Shown one piece after another: positions 39,540 to 49,740 of a stretch of 64,000 nt of DNA. The notes under the pieces were generated by a model, which saw only the letters and a program-made list of their open reading frames with translations, ran no database searches and was not told where the DNA came from. The stretch comes from Alphaproteobacteria bacterium (GTDB taxonomy: Bacteria; Pseudomonadota; Alphaproteobacteria; G965222575). The number at the start of each line of letters is the position of its first letter. Within the stretch, counting starts at the first letter, position 1. The translations under genes were made by a program, and so were the position numbers. The stretch covers positions 640,001 through 704,000 of the forward strand of contig OZ244958.1 of NCBI GenBank assembly GCA_965222575.1, written 5' to 3'.

Positions 39540-42356
39540 ATGACGAGTTTACCTTTTTCTAGTCGCCATGTTGGATTGAGTGAGTCCCGTCAACGTCATA
39601 TGTTGAAGGTTTTAGGGTACGGGGAAGTGGAGGAGTTGATAAGAGCGGTGATTCCGTCTGATATTTTAGAGATGGAAGAGTCTGCTGAGCTAGGGGAGGG
39701 CATGGAGGAGGAGGCGGTTGCGGAGCATTTGAAGGGGTTAGCAGGGGAGAATATTCTGCTTAAGTCTCTGATTGGGCAGGGGTATTATGCCACTGTGATG
39801 CCCTCTGTGATTAGACGTAATGTGTTGAATAATCCGGCTTGGTATACGGCTTATACGCCTTATCAGGCGGAGATTTCTCAAGGGAGGCTGGAGGCGTTGG
39901 CGAATTTTCAAACACTGGTGGCGGATTTAACAGCCCTTGAGATTGCGGGCGCGTCTTTACTGGATGAAGCCACAGCAGCAGCAGAAGCTATGGGCATGTG
40001 TTTGCGTCTTCGAGGGAAGAAGAGCTTTTTTGTTTCCTCTACCTGTCATCCTCAGACCATTTCTGTTTTACAAACGAGAGCATCTTGCATGGGGGTGAAG
40101 TTGATACTAGGAGAGCCGAAAGAGGCACTGAAGCATGAGCTGTGCGGGGTGTTGTTACAATATCCTGATACTTTAGGGTTTGTGGAAGACATGGGTGAGA
40201 GCATAGGAGCACTTCATGAACGAGAGGTTGTGGTTGTGGTTGCTACGGATTTGTTAGCGTTGACGCTTCTAAAGCCGCCGGGAGAGATGGGGGCGGATAT
40301 TGCCGTTGGCAGTGCGCAGCGATTTGGTGTACCTCTTTTCTTTGGCGGTCCTCATGCGGGATTTATCGCTACAAAAGACGCCTTCAAAAGGTCTTTGCCG
40401 GGGCGACTTATTGGGGTTTCAAAAGATAGTCAGGGGAATCCTTGCTACCGCATGGCGCTTCAAACCCGTGAGCAACATATCCGGCGCCAGAAAGCGACCT
40501 CTAATATCTGTACGGCACAAGCACTTCTAGCGATACTCGCTAGTTTCTATGGCCTTTGGCATGGAGCAGAGGGACTCAAAGTGATTGCAAGTCGTATCAG
40601 GCGTCTTGCTTTGCGCTTTGCATCCAGTATGCACGCTTCCTCTACTCCCCCCCTGTTTAGCTCCTTTTTTGATACCGTAACCCTCCACAGCGGTCAGGCT
40701 ACAGAGTCTCTGTTGTGTGCGGCTAGAGAGGCGGGATTTAACCTCCGTAAAGTGGATAATCAGCGTTTGAGCGTTTCTGTGGATGAGACCACAACGCAAC
40801 TCGATATAGATGTCCTGATAAAAGCCCTCGGGGCAACCCCTCAAGCTGCTAGTACCATAGAAGAAGAGACAACGCGAAGACGCACTTCTTTTATGACTCA
40901 CCCAGTGTTTCACCGCTATCGTAACGAAACCGATATGATGCGATACATGAGAGAGTTAGCCGATAAAGACATGGCTTTGGATAGAACAATGATACCGCTT
41001 GGGTCTTGTACTATGAAGCTGAATGCCTCTTGTTTAATGGATGGTATAGCGTTGGAAGGGTTTGCACACTTACACCCCTTTGTGCCAAAAGAGCAGGCAA
41101 GAGGATATGAGAAACTTATCAACGCTTTAGAACAACAGCTTTGTGCTATGACAGGATTTGATGCCTTCAGTGTACAGCCTAATTCGGGGGCTAATGGGGA
41201 GTATGCGGGACTATTAGCCATTGCTCGTTACCATGAAAGCTGTGGACAAGGGCAGCGCTCTGTCTGCTTGATTCCCACCTCTGCTCATGGCACCAATCCA
41301 GCGTCTGCTCATATGATGGGCATGGAGGTCGTAGAAGTCGCCTGTACCAAAGACGGCAATCTTGATGTCCTAGACCTCAACGCTAAAAGTGTAGCCTACA
41401 AAGACACACTAGGGGCGCTCATGATAACCTATCCCTCAACGCACGGAGTTTTTGAAGATACCATTCAGGAAGTGTGTCAGATTGTTCATAGGAATGGCGG
41501 ACAGGTTTATATGGATGGTGCTAATATGAATGCCCTTGCAGGTCTTACCTATCCGGGCAAGTTCGGTGCTGATGTTGCCCATTTGAATCTCCATAAGACC
41601 TTTGCTATTCCACACGGCGGCGGTGGGCCGGGCGTAGGCCCTATTGGGGTGAAAGCGCATCTTGCCCCTTTCTTACCGCCTTCTCCTTTGACAAAAGAGA
41701 ACCAATACACACCAACTGGTGCTGTAGCAGCAGCCCCTTTTGGGTCGGCGGGTGTTTTGCCTATCTCTTATGCTTACATACTCTTACTAGGGAAAAAGGG
41801 TATTCCCTTTGTGTCAAAAATGGCGATTTTAGCTGCTAATTATCTTCAGACTCGCCTAGCGTCTTACTACCGCGTTTTATACACGGGAAAAAATGGTCTT
41901 GTTGCCCATGAGTGTATATTGGATATCAGACCTATTGAGAAAGAAACAGGCGTTACTGCCGAAGACATTTCGAAACGTCTGATGGATTACAATTTTCATG
42001 CCCCTACTATGTCTTTTCCTGTCCCCGGCACTCTGATGATTGAGCCGACTGAATCGGAATCCTTTGAGGAGCTTGAACGCTTTGTGGAGGCTATGATACA
42101 GATTGCTAAGGAAATTGAAGAGATAAAAACGAAAAAAGCCCCTAGAGAGGACAATGTTTTCAAAGGGGCGCCTCATACGGCAGTGGTGGTGTGTGCTGAT
42201 ACTTGGAGACATGCTTATAGTAGAGAAAAAGCTGCGTATCCTTTACCTGTTTTGAAGAAGAGGAAAGTTTGGCCTGCTGTTAGTCGTATTGATAACGCTT
42301 ATGGTGATAGGAACATCTTTTGTTCTTGTATTGAGATGACGGCGGTGGACTCTTAG
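39540..42356 (+). CDS. gcvP: Glycine dehydrogenase (single-chain P protein)
   Basis: YTPYQAEISQGRLE, REQHIRR.KATSNICT, LGSCTMK, HLNLHKTF.IPHGGGGPG. Confidence 0.97.
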   Translation: MTSLPFSSRHVGLSESRQRHMLKVLGYGEVEELIRAVIPSDILEMEESAELGEGMEEEAVAEHLKGLAGENILLKSLIGQGYYATVMPSVIRRNVLNNPAWYTAYTPYQAEISQGRLEALANFQTLVADLTALEIAGASLLDEATAAAEAMGMCLRLRGKKSFFVSSTCHPQTISVLQTRASCMGVKLILGEPKEALKHELCGVLLQYPDTLGFVEDMGESIGALHEREVVVVVATDLLALTLLKPPGEMGADIAVGSAQRFGVPLFFGGPHAGFIATKDAFKRSLPGRLIGVSKDSQGNPCYRMALQTREQHIRRQKATSNICTAQALLAILASFYGLWHGAEGLKVIASRIRRLALRFASSMHASSTPPLFSSFFDTVTLHSGQATESLLCAAREAGFNLRKVDNQRLSVSVDETTTQLDIDVLIKALGATPQAASTIEEETTRRRTSFMTHPVFHRYRNETDMMRYMRELADKDMALDRTMIPLGSCTMKLNASCLMDGIALEGFAHLHPFVPKEQARGYEKLINALEQQLCAMTGFDAFSVQPNSGANGEYAGLLAIARYHESCGQGQRSVCLIPTSAHGTNPASAHMMGMEVVEVACTKDGNLDVLDLNAKSVAYKDTLGALMITYPSTHGVFEDTIQEVCQIVHRNGGQVYMDGANMNALAGLTYPGKFGADVAHLNLHKTFAIPHGGGGPGVGPIGVKAHLAPFLPPSPLTKENQYTPTGAVAAAPFGSAGVLPISYAYILLLGKKGIPFVSKMAILAANYLQTRLASYYRVLYTGKNGLVAHECILDIRPIEKETGVTAEDISKRLMDYNFHAPTMSFPVPGTLMIEPTESESFEELERFVEAMIQIAKEIEEIKTKKAPREDNVFKGAPHTAVVVCADTWRHAYSREKAAYPLPVLKKRKVWPAVSRIDNAYGDRNIFCSCIEMTAVDS

Positions 42357-44977
42357 GATAGGAGGGCTTCTTGTAGTCTTGCTTTTAGGGTGCGGGCGGT
42401 TGAGTGTTGGGCTTTTGTTTCTGCAATGGCTTTTTTTGGGGCTTTTTCAAGGAAAGTGCGTGAGAGGAGGCGGGCATTGAGAATCTGTAGAGTTTTCTCA
42501 GTGGTGGCTATTTTCTTTTTGATGGCGTTTTTTTGTGCTCTAAAGTCCTGTGCGTTTTCACTAGAGAATGTTCCCATGATATCTTTGTTGATGACGATTT
42601 TGAATCCTTTTGTTGTCTTGGAGTCTTTTGTCATGTTGGTCATTTTATAGAGGAATGCTTGATAGTGTTGGCATAGTTTTTGGGTTTTTGGGTTTTTGTA
42701 GTGTAAGGCGAGGGGGAGGGGTTGGTGTTGTGGCAATCCTATATCGGCTTTAGCTGTGCGAATATTTTCTATGTATGCGATGAGGGTTGGGATAGTTTTA
42801 TCTTGTTGAGTGGAGGGGGAGGTGTTGGTGTTGAGGAGAGGGGAGAAGGTTTGAGCTGCTAGCAGGGAGGAGTTGTGTTGTTTGTATTGCCATAGTTCTT
42901 CTGTGACGAAGGGGATGAAGGGGTGTAGGCATTTGAGAGTTTCGTCTAGGATGAAGCTGGTGGTGTGGCGTATTTCTTTGGCGGCGGAATCGGAAGAGAG
43001 GGGTAGGGCGTATTTTATATATTCTAGGTACCAATCGCATAGGCGGTGCCATGTGAAGTGGTATAGTGCGTGGGAGGCAGCGTCGAATCGGTAAGAAGCA
43101 AGGGATTGTTTCAGGGTTTTGCGGGTAGTGATGAGGTGGTGTAGTATCCAGTTACACCAGGGATTTTTGAGGGTTAGAGGTGAGAAAGTGTTGGGATGGG
43201 TTTGACAATTGTTTAGGAAGCAAAAGCGTGCGGCGTTCCAAATTTTTGTGATGAAGTTGCGATATCCTAGGGTGCGTTGTTCTGATAATTTTATATCTGT
43301 ACCCTGAGCGGCCATGGAGGAGAGTGTAAAGCGTAAGGCATCTGTTCCTATTGTGTTCATCCAGTTTTGTGGATTGATGACATTGCCTTTTGTTTTAGAC
43401 ATTTTTTGTCCTTTTTCGTCCAGCACGAGATTGTGGATATAGACGTGTTTGAAAGGAGGCTTGTGTGTAAAATAGAGGGACATCAAAATCATACGGGCGA
43501 CCCAAAAGAAGATGATATCAAAGCCTGTAGAGAGCACAGAGGTAGGGTAGTACCGTGTAAAGTCTTGAGTTTTTTCGGGCCATCCCATGGTACTGAAGGG
43601 CCAAAGAGCGGAAGAGAACCAAGTGTCTAGCACATCGGTTTCTGGTGTGAGGGGGAGGGTCTTGCCGTAGGTTTTTTTAGCTTGTTGTTGTGCGGCCTCT
43701 AGGGTTTCTGCGACGAAGATTTTCTGGTCAGGTCCGTACCAAGCGGGGATTGAGTGTCCCCACCATAATTGTCGTGAAATGCACCAAGGTTCAATGTTAC
43801 GCATCCAGTGGAAATAGGTTTTTTCCCAAGATTTTGGGAAGAAAGTGACCTCTCCTTTTCGGACGCTTTCTATAGCGGCAGGCGCCATTTTCTCAACATC
43901 CAAAAACCATTGTAGCATTAAGCGTGGTTCAATAATTGTCTTAGAGCGTTCGCCGTAAGGCACTGTGTGAGTAATGTTCTGTATTTTGTCTAGCAGGTTT
44001 TCTTTCTTGAGCATATCAATGACATGTTGTCGGGCTTTACGTCTTTCCATTCCTTGTAATGGGGTGTGTTCATTGAGGTCTCCGGAGGGGGTGAGGATGG
44101 TGATGGAAGGGAGTCTGTGCCGTTTACCCACTTGAAAGTCCTGAAAGTCGTGGGCGGGGGTGATTTTCACAACGCCACTGCCTTTTGCGGGGTCTGCGTA
44201 AGAGTCGGCAATGATAGGCACTGTCCTGTTGGTAAGTGGCACCTGTACGCGTTGACCAACGAGAGAAGAGAAGCGTGTATCTTCAGGGTGAACAGCCACA
44301 GCTGTATCTCCAAATAAGGTCTCAGGACGGGTTGTTGCCACAGTGAGGCTTTTTGTGTCTCCTACTAGAGGATACTGTAGATAATATAATGTCCCTTTTT
44401 CCTCCTTAGAAATGACTTCAAGGTCTGAAATGGCTGTTTGTAATTGACAATCCCAGTTCACGAGGCGATGAGAGCGGTAAATAAGACCATCACGGTACAG
44501 GGTGATAAAGACCTTTTGGACGGCTTTGGAGTATCCTTTATCCAAAGTGAAGCGCTGTCTGGAAAAGTCACAGGAACACCCGAGGTCTTTGAGCTGTTGT
44601 AGAATGTGGGGTTTTGTGTTGTCTACCCAAGTCCATAGGGCTTGTTGGAATTTTTCTTTTCCTAAGGCTGTGCGGGTGAGATTTTGCTTTTCAAGGTCTC
44701 TTTCCACCATTAATTGTGTGGCGATACCGGCGTGGTCTACGCCGGGAATCCAGAGAACTTCTTTTCCTTCAAGGCGGTGAAATCGACAGAGAATGTCCTG
44801 TAAGGTATTGTTCAGTGCATGTCCCATATGCAAAGACCCGGTAATATTCGGCGGCGGAATCACTAAAGAATAAGGGGGTTTTTCAGAAGAAGCGGTGGCC
44901 TTGAATACTTTGGCATTATCCCATAAATCAAGGAGCTTTTTTTCTATTGCTACTGTATAACGGGGGAGGATGGTCAT
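42353..44977 (-). CDS. valS: Valine-tRNA ligase
   Basis: PPPNITGSLHMGHA, DHAGIATQ, WCISRQLWWGH, KMSKT. Confidence 0.98.
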   Translation of the reverse strand: MTILPRYTVAIEKKLLDLWDNAKVFKATASSEKPPYSLVIPPPNITGSLHMGHALNNTLQDILCRFHRLEGKEVLWIPGVDHAGIATQLMVERDLEKQNLTRTALGKEKFQQALWTWVDNTKPHILQQLKDLGCSCDFSRQRFTLDKGYSKAVQKVFITLYRDGLIYRSHRLVNWDCQLQTAISDLEVISKEEKGTLYYLQYPLVGDTKSLTVATTRPETLFGDTAVAVHPEDTRFSSLVGQRVQVPLTNRTVPIIADSYADPAKGSGVVKITPAHDFQDFQVGKRHRLPSITILTPSGDLNEHTPLQGMERRKARQHVIDMLKKENLLDKIQNITHTVPYGERSKTIIEPRLMLQWFLDVEKMAPAAIESVRKGEVTFFPKSWEKTYFHWMRNIEPWCISRQLWWGHSIPAWYGPDQKIFVAETLEAAQQQAKKTYGKTLPLTPETDVLDTWFSSALWPFSTMGWPEKTQDFTRYYPTSVLSTGFDIIFFWVARMILMSLYFTHKPPFKHVYIHNLVLDEKGQKMSKTKGNVINPQNWMNTIGTDALRFTLSSMAAQGTDIKLSEQRTLGYRNFITKIWNAARFCFLNNCQTHPNTFSPLTLKNPWCNWILHHLITTRKTLKQSLASYRFDAASHALYHFTWHRLCDWYLEYIKYALPLSSDSAAKEIRHTTSFILDETLKCLHPFIPFVTEELWQYKQHNSSLLAAQTFSPLLNTNTSPSTQQDKTIPTLIAYIENIRTAKADIGLPQHQPLPLALHYKNPKTQKLCQHYQAFLYKMTNMTKDSKTTKGFKIVINKDIMGTFSSENAQDFRAQKNAIKKKIATTEKTLQILNARLLSRTFLEKAPKKAIAETKAQHSTARTLKARLQEALLS

Positions 44978-44987
44978 GCCTTGCGCT

Positions 44988-46328
44988 TCAGAAGAGGATT
45001 TTATTGGTTTTAAGTGTTTCTAAAAGCGCTTGTAGAGTTAAAGTACCCTTCAATTTCCAAAGTGTCAAAAGGCTTAAATGGAAGTCTTGTTCAGCGCGCA
45101 GTTTGTCAATTTCTGCCTCAATCATTTTGACTTCAGCCTCTAAGGTCTCTAAAAAAGTTTTTTGCCCGCTTTGTTGCTGTGCCTTTGTCATGATGAGAAT
45201 ATCGCTGGCAATTTTTATGGCAAGGAGTGCCGACTCTTTTTTCGTCTGGGCGATTTTGACATGGTTTAAGGCGTTCACTAGGTCGTATTCCAGTTTGTCT
45301 TGACTGATTCTCAAATTGAGAGTGAGCACTTGGTATTGGCTTTGTGCTCTTTGTGTGCTGCGGAGGTTTTGTCCGCCGCTGAACAGAGGAATGTCAAGCT
45401 GAAATCCTATGGCCCCACTATACCGCGAAGGATTTTGTTGGGAGGTCTTATTTTGTGGGGGTTTTCTATAAAGACCAAGAGAGAAAGACACATGAAAGTC
45501 CAAAGAGGGTCCAAAATTTTTCTTAGCGAGGTTTTTATCAATTTCGGACATTGCTATGGAGAGCTTTGTGGTGCGTATCTGGGCATTTGTAATGGAAAAA
45601 CTCTCTAAAATTTTTTCAGGCGGTAGCGGAGATAAGGTGATGGTGATGGTTGGTAGCGATAAGTCTTTTGCCTCTTCCCCTATGGCCATACGAAAGAGGA
45701 CTTGTTGTGCGTCTAAGGTACTTTGCGCTTCAGAGACCTGTGTCATGGCTTGTAGGTGCTTTTGTTTGGCTTGTGCGACTTCTAAAGCTGTATAGCTCCC
45801 TATCTCAAATCTTTTTTGGGCAATGGTGAGGTAGTTGGCAAAAAGGCGTTGGGATTTTTTCCTTAGAGCTTGTACTTGTTGTGCTATTAAGGTGTTGATA
45901 TAAACATTGGCTGTGTCATACACAAGGGATTGCTCTGTGACTTTCCTTTCTAAGAGAGCTTTTTCTAGAGCTAAGCGGGCTTTTTTTACAGCCAAAGCTT
46001 CTGTTCCTAACAGGCTGATTCTGCCGCTTAGACTTAAAGTATCCTCTTGGTGTTCTAGACTTTCTACTACAGGGTGTGACTGCCCTTTTATAGGGGCGTG
46101 AAAGTTGGAGCGCAGAGATATCTTTGGTAGAAACTGACTTTGGGCATCTTTGACTGCTAACTGAGAGAGGAAAATTTTTTCATCAGCTATCTGTAGTGTT
46201 TTACTGTTCTCTAGGGCTTTTTGCAGGCTTTGCTCAAGGGGTTCTGCTTGTACTGCTAAAGTGGTTATGAGACTGAAACAGACAAGGCATCTGAGAAGGC
46301 ATCGAGTATAAAAAGGGACTACGGACAT
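44988..46328 (-). CDS. tolC: TolC-family outer-membrane efflux protein
   Basis: Signal peptide, two OEP repeats (ALENS, FLPKI, IPLFSGG); pcm-tolC-valS order. Confidence 0.85.
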   Translation of the reverse strand: MSVVPFYTRCLLRCLVCFSLITTLAVQAEPLEQSLQKALENSKTLQIADEKIFLSQLAVKDAQSQFLPKISLRSNFHAPIKGQSHPVVESLEHQEDTLSLSGRISLLGTEALAVKKARLALEKALLERKVTEQSLVYDTANVYINTLIAQQVQALRKKSQRLFANYLTIAQKRFEIGSYTALEVAQAKQKHLQAMTQVSEAQSTLDAQQVLFRMAIGEEAKDLSLPTITITLSPLPPEKILESFSITNAQIRTTKLSIAMSEIDKNLAKKNFGPSLDFHVSFSLGLYRKPPQNKTSQQNPSRYSGAIGFQLDIPLFSGGQNLRSTQRAQSQYQVLTLNLRISQDKLEYDLVNALNHVKIAQTKKESALLAIKIASDILIMTKAQQQSGQKTFLETLEAEVKMIEAEIDKLRAEQDFHLSLLTLWKLKGTLTLQALLETLKTNKILF

Positions 46329-46399
46329 GCTTTTGTCTGTTCATTGATTGGCGTTATCAATTTATCGTAATGGGAAGAGTCTGTCTAGTGCAGATTCTG

Positions 46400-47047
46400 C
46401 TAGTTGTGGGTACAACAAGAGGGGATAAGGGGCATTTTGGTTTCAAATAGCACCCGTTTACCGATGTTTCCTTTTTGTGTTTTTTCATAGAGGACGGCTT
46501 CCCCGATTGTTGTGTTAAGGCCGCACAAGAGTCTACCCCCCGGTACTAGGAGGGGGAAGAAAGTGGTGAGACAAGATTCCTCTACAGCACCAAAGAGTCC
46601 GATAAGGTCAACAGGTGAAGATGTTTCTAGTTGATAGGGGGACTGGTGGCAGAGAGTCACTTTGCTTTTGGGGTAGAGAGACAGAGCCTGTTGTGCTTGG
46701 CGTATGAGGGGTTCATGGCTTTCTGTTCCTGTGACCTGTTTGACGAGATGGGAGAGGAGGGCGACTTCGAATCCTGTTGCGCATTCTATGACGAGGGCTT
46801 TCATGTGGGGAGCGGGTTTCGCCTGTTGTAGGAGTCGTGCGGTGATTTCAGGGGTGAGATAAGTCCGTTTGCATTCTAGAGGAATCATGGCATCGGAATA
46901 GGCAACGGACTGAAATTTTTGTGGAACGAAGAGGTTGCGTTCTGTTTTCAGGAAGGCGTCTAACACGCCTTCGTGCACAATCCGTGCTGGCATCAGTTGG
47001 TTACGCACCATATTCAGATGGGCTAAAGAAGAGGAAGAGGTAGGCAT
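46400..47047 (-). CDS. pcm: Protein-L-isoaspartate O-methyltransferase-like (divergent SAM motif)
   Basis: MVRNQL, R.LFVP...AYSD, L.PGGRL; position between tRNA-Cys and tolC. Confidence 0.8.
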   Translation of the reverse strand: MPTSSSSLAHLNMVRNQLMPARIVHEGVLDAFLKTERNLFVPQKFQSVAYSDAMIPLECKRTYLTPEITARLLQQAKPAPHMKALVIECATGFEVALLSHLVKQVTGTESHEPLIRQAQQALSLYPKSKVTLCHQSPYQLETSSPVDLIGLFGAVEESCLTTFFPLLVPGGRLLCGLNTTIGEAVLYEKTQKGNIGKRVLFETKMPLIPSCCTHN

Positions 47048-47137
47048 TTTTTCATGAGATTACCTTCTGCAGGGGAGGTTTTCATTGACATTTCTTGAAG
47101 AGAAGTGTTGTCTGTAGGGAGATATGGGGTGTTTTTT

Positions 47138-47208
47138 GGCCTGGTAGCAGAGTGGTTATGCAACGGCCTGCAAAGCCGTCTAGGCCGGTTCGATTCCGGC
47201 CCAGGCCT
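47138..47208 (+). tRNA. tRNA-Cys (GCA), CCA not encoded
   Basis: GGCCTGG/CCAGGCC acceptor stem, ACGGC-CTGCAAA-GCCGT anticodon arm, GCCGG-TTCGATT-CCGGC T-arm, U discriminator. Confidence 0.95.
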
Positions 47209-47209
47209 T

Positions 47210-47977
47210 TCACGAGACCAAGGCCTCTTTCAAGGCATAAAACATGCGCCCCCCGCAGCAAAAGATTTTCACACGTGATTGTGACCATATCTCTGAAAGT
47301 AACGCAAGAGGCTTAACACTTCCTTCTTTTGAGTCAACAGTTGTCACATCGGCACCGCTCAGAGACACAATATGAAGAGCGCTCATCACCTCTAGGGGAA
47401 AGACGTTGTCATAGAAGCCATCCACGGACCCGCTAGCGACAAAACAGAGTTCTAAGACTCTGTCTCCTAACAATCTGAAAGAAAAAGGCTTCTCTGGGAG
47501 AGGATGAGAATGGATGAGGAGGCTTTCTTCTAGAACTGAGGTTGAAGGGCCGAAAATAGCGTCTTCATTTAAGGTAGTGCCCGTTCCTTTCAGACCACAG
47601 AACATGAGATTTAACAGAGGGGAGAACACGACGGAGTGGGTGAGTTCTTTTTCTTGTATCAGGGAGAGAGAGAGAGAGAAAAACGGCACGCCTCTTATAA
47701 AATTTTCAAATCCGCAAAGGGGGGTCATCACGAGACAGAGTGCGGGGAGGGATGGAGGTGGTTTTTCCACACTGTTGATGAGGGGGGCTTGTATGCCGTT
47801 ACGATTGAGATAGTGTTGTGTTTGTTCTACTACCTTTTGTCGTGTGCGGCGTGCGAAAGCGTTTTTATCCCCTTGAATATGTTTGAGTTCTCTCCAGTCT
47901 CGATTGAGGCTTTTAGAGGCTTCCCAGAGGCTTTCCTTTAGGGTATAGAGTGTTTTATCTTCTTGTAATCGGCGCAT
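47210..47977 (-). CDS. suhB: Inositol monophosphatase family SuhB, catalytically degenerate
   Basis: RDWREL, PLCGFENFIRGVP, KG.G..LN, FR.LG...LELCFVASG.VDGF; directly after efp. ORF track starts at 48025. Confidence 0.75.
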   Translation of the reverse strand: MRRLQEDKTLYTLKESLWEASKSLNRDWRELKHIQGDKNAFARRTRQKVVEQTQHYLNRNGIQAPLINSVEKPPPSLPALCLVMTPLCGFENFIRGVPFFSLSLSLIQEKELTHSVVFSPLLNLMFCGLKGTGTTLNEDAIFGPSTSVLEESLLIHSHPLPEKPFSFRLLGDRVLELCFVASGSVDGFYDNVFPLEVMSALHIVSLSGADVTTVDSKEGSVKPLALLSEIWSQSRVKIFCCGGRMFYALKEALVS

Positions 47978-47978
47978 G

Positions 47979-48542
47979 TCAGTCTGCTTTTTTGACATAG
48001 CGTCCATCTTCTGTAGCAATGACAATTTTCATACCGACTTCCACATGAGAGGGCACGGAAATTTTCATACCATTGTCTAAAGTGGCGGATTTATAGGTAG
48101 AAGAGGCTGTTTGTCCTTTGAGATAGCCCTCTGCTTCGGTGACTTTGCAGGTGACCTGCGGTGGCATATGGATGCAAAGAGGCGTGTGATTGTGAAATTC
48201 AACTTCTAGGGGCATATTTTCCTTGAGAAATTTCGTATTGCCTAGCAAGGTCTCCTTAGGCACAGTGAGTTGCTCATATGTTTGGCCATTCATTAAGACC
48301 AACATCTCGCCGTCTGTGTAGAGATAGTGGAAGTCTTCTTGTTCTAGGCGCGCTTTTTCCACACTTTCAGAGGCTCTGAAGCGCTCTGTTTTTTTTGTAC
48401 CTTCTCCCAAAGACTTTAATTCCAGCTGGACATAAGCCCCGCCTTTGCCCGGTTGGGTATGGTCTCTTTTGGTGACGCGCCATAGCTTCCCTTGGTGATG
48501 AATCAAATGACCCGGACGCAGTGTGTTAGCGTTGATTTTCAT
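47979..48542 (-). CDS. efp: Elongation factor P
   Basis: PGKGGA, KGQTA, KSATLDNG, G.Y. Confidence 0.97.
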   Translation of the reverse strand: MKINANTLRPGHLIHHQGKLWRVTKRDHTQPGKGGAYVQLELKSLGEGTKKTERFRASESVEKARLEQEDFHYLYTDGEMLVLMNGQTYEQLTVPKETLLGNTKFLKENMPLEVEFHNHTPLCIHMPPQVTCKVTEAEGYLKGQTASSTYKSATLDNGMKISVPSHVEVGMKIVIATEDGRYVKKAD

Positions 48543-48551
48543 ACCTCAACG

Positions 48552-49550
48552 CTATCTTGTTTTTCGTGTGTCTTCAAGGGCTTTCCATAAAGAGACGCAA
48601 ATTGTTTCATGGGTTACCCTGTAAGGAGGAACGGGTTGGCTTGAGAGTGCAAGACTTGGGTCAAAGGGAAAAGAGCCTAAAAGCTTTACCTTCATCTGTG
48701 TGCTGAAGGTTTCCATATTCGTAGACGGCAAGATGGAGGTGGCTTTACCACAGTGGGGACACTTAAAGGCTGTCATGTTAGCAATGAGTCCTAACACGGG
48801 GATAGAAAGTGTCCTGAACATGGAAGCGGTGCGTTGCACATCATCTAAGGCAAGCTGTCCGGGCGTTGTAATCAGCACGGCAGTCATGGTCTTTGCTAGG
48901 GCTTTTGCGATACTCAAGGGCACATCTCCCGTACCGGGAGGAAAATCCAAAATCAACAGGTCTAGTTTTTGCCAATAGGTTTGAAATAACAACTGATAGG
49001 TTAGCTTTTGCATTACCGGCCCACGCCATATCCCTGCTTTGTCTTTTGGGATGATAAATCCTAAAGACATACACTGAATGTTCTCTACTAGGCAAGGAAT
49101 GAACTTGTTATCTTTGGTTTTGATTGAGTCAAAAGAGCCTAATAAAGCGGGCAAAGAAGGCCCTTGTAGATCCACATCTAAGAGTCCCACTGTTTTATTT
49201 TGAAGAGCAAAGGTTTTGGCGAGATTAAAGGCAATAGTGGATTTTCCTACGCCTCCTTTACCGGCTGCTACGGCTAAGATATGTTGAGCGGGCGCGGGGG
49301 GGGTAGGAGTCTGTTTTTTTTGCACATCTGGCTCCATGGACACAACGCATCGAGTCCCCAGAGAAAGGCGTGTACACCCTTGTTTGCAAGCCTCTTCTAG
49401 GCGTTTGGCTTCTGAAGATGATAGCCCTGTGGCTTCAATGACCACTGTTGCAATGCCTTTGGATAAAGAAGTGATCTGTACACGTTTTGCTGCGTTGAGG
49501 TCGGCAGGGAGAAGAGGCAAAAGACGGTCTAAAACCGTGGCAGTATCCAT
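48552..49550 (-). CDS. mrp: Mrp/ApbC/NBP35 Fe-S cluster carrier ATPase
   Basis: GKGGVGKST, D.D..GPS, WRGP, D.PPGTGD, CPHC. Confidence 0.92.
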   Translation of the reverse strand: MDTATVLDRLLPLLPADLNAAKRVQITSLSKGIATVVIEATGLSSSEAKRLEEACKQGCTRLSLGTRCVVSMEPDVQKKQTPTPPAPAQHILAVAAGKGGVGKSTIAFNLAKTFALQNKTVGLLDVDLQGPSLPALLGSFDSIKTKDNKFIPCLVENIQCMSLGFIIPKDKAGIWRGPVMQKLTYQLLFQTYWQKLDLLILDFPPGTGDVPLSIAKALAKTMTAVLITTPGQLALDDVQRTASMFRTLSIPVLGLIANMTAFKCPHCGKATSILPSTNMETFSTQMKVKLLGSFPFDPSLALSSQPVPPYRVTHETICVSLWKALEDTRKTR

Positions 49551-49740
49551 AGACTGGAAAGGAAGAGCGGTGAGTTGGCGTGGTTCTTGTGACCTAGTAC
49601 TAGTATGATAACAGAAAAACGAGGGGTAAGAAAGGCAAGAGCTTGAAAGATTAGCTTGTGTGAAGGGAGAAGATTTGCTATAGGTATTATAGCTAGAGAT
49701 AACAGGTAGCCTGTGAGAGGGTGTTGTGAAGAAAGTGATT

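Noticed and set aside
47138-47260. tRNA-associated integrated element
   Set aside because: No integrase or duplicated tRNA 3' end seen; the flanks are core genes.
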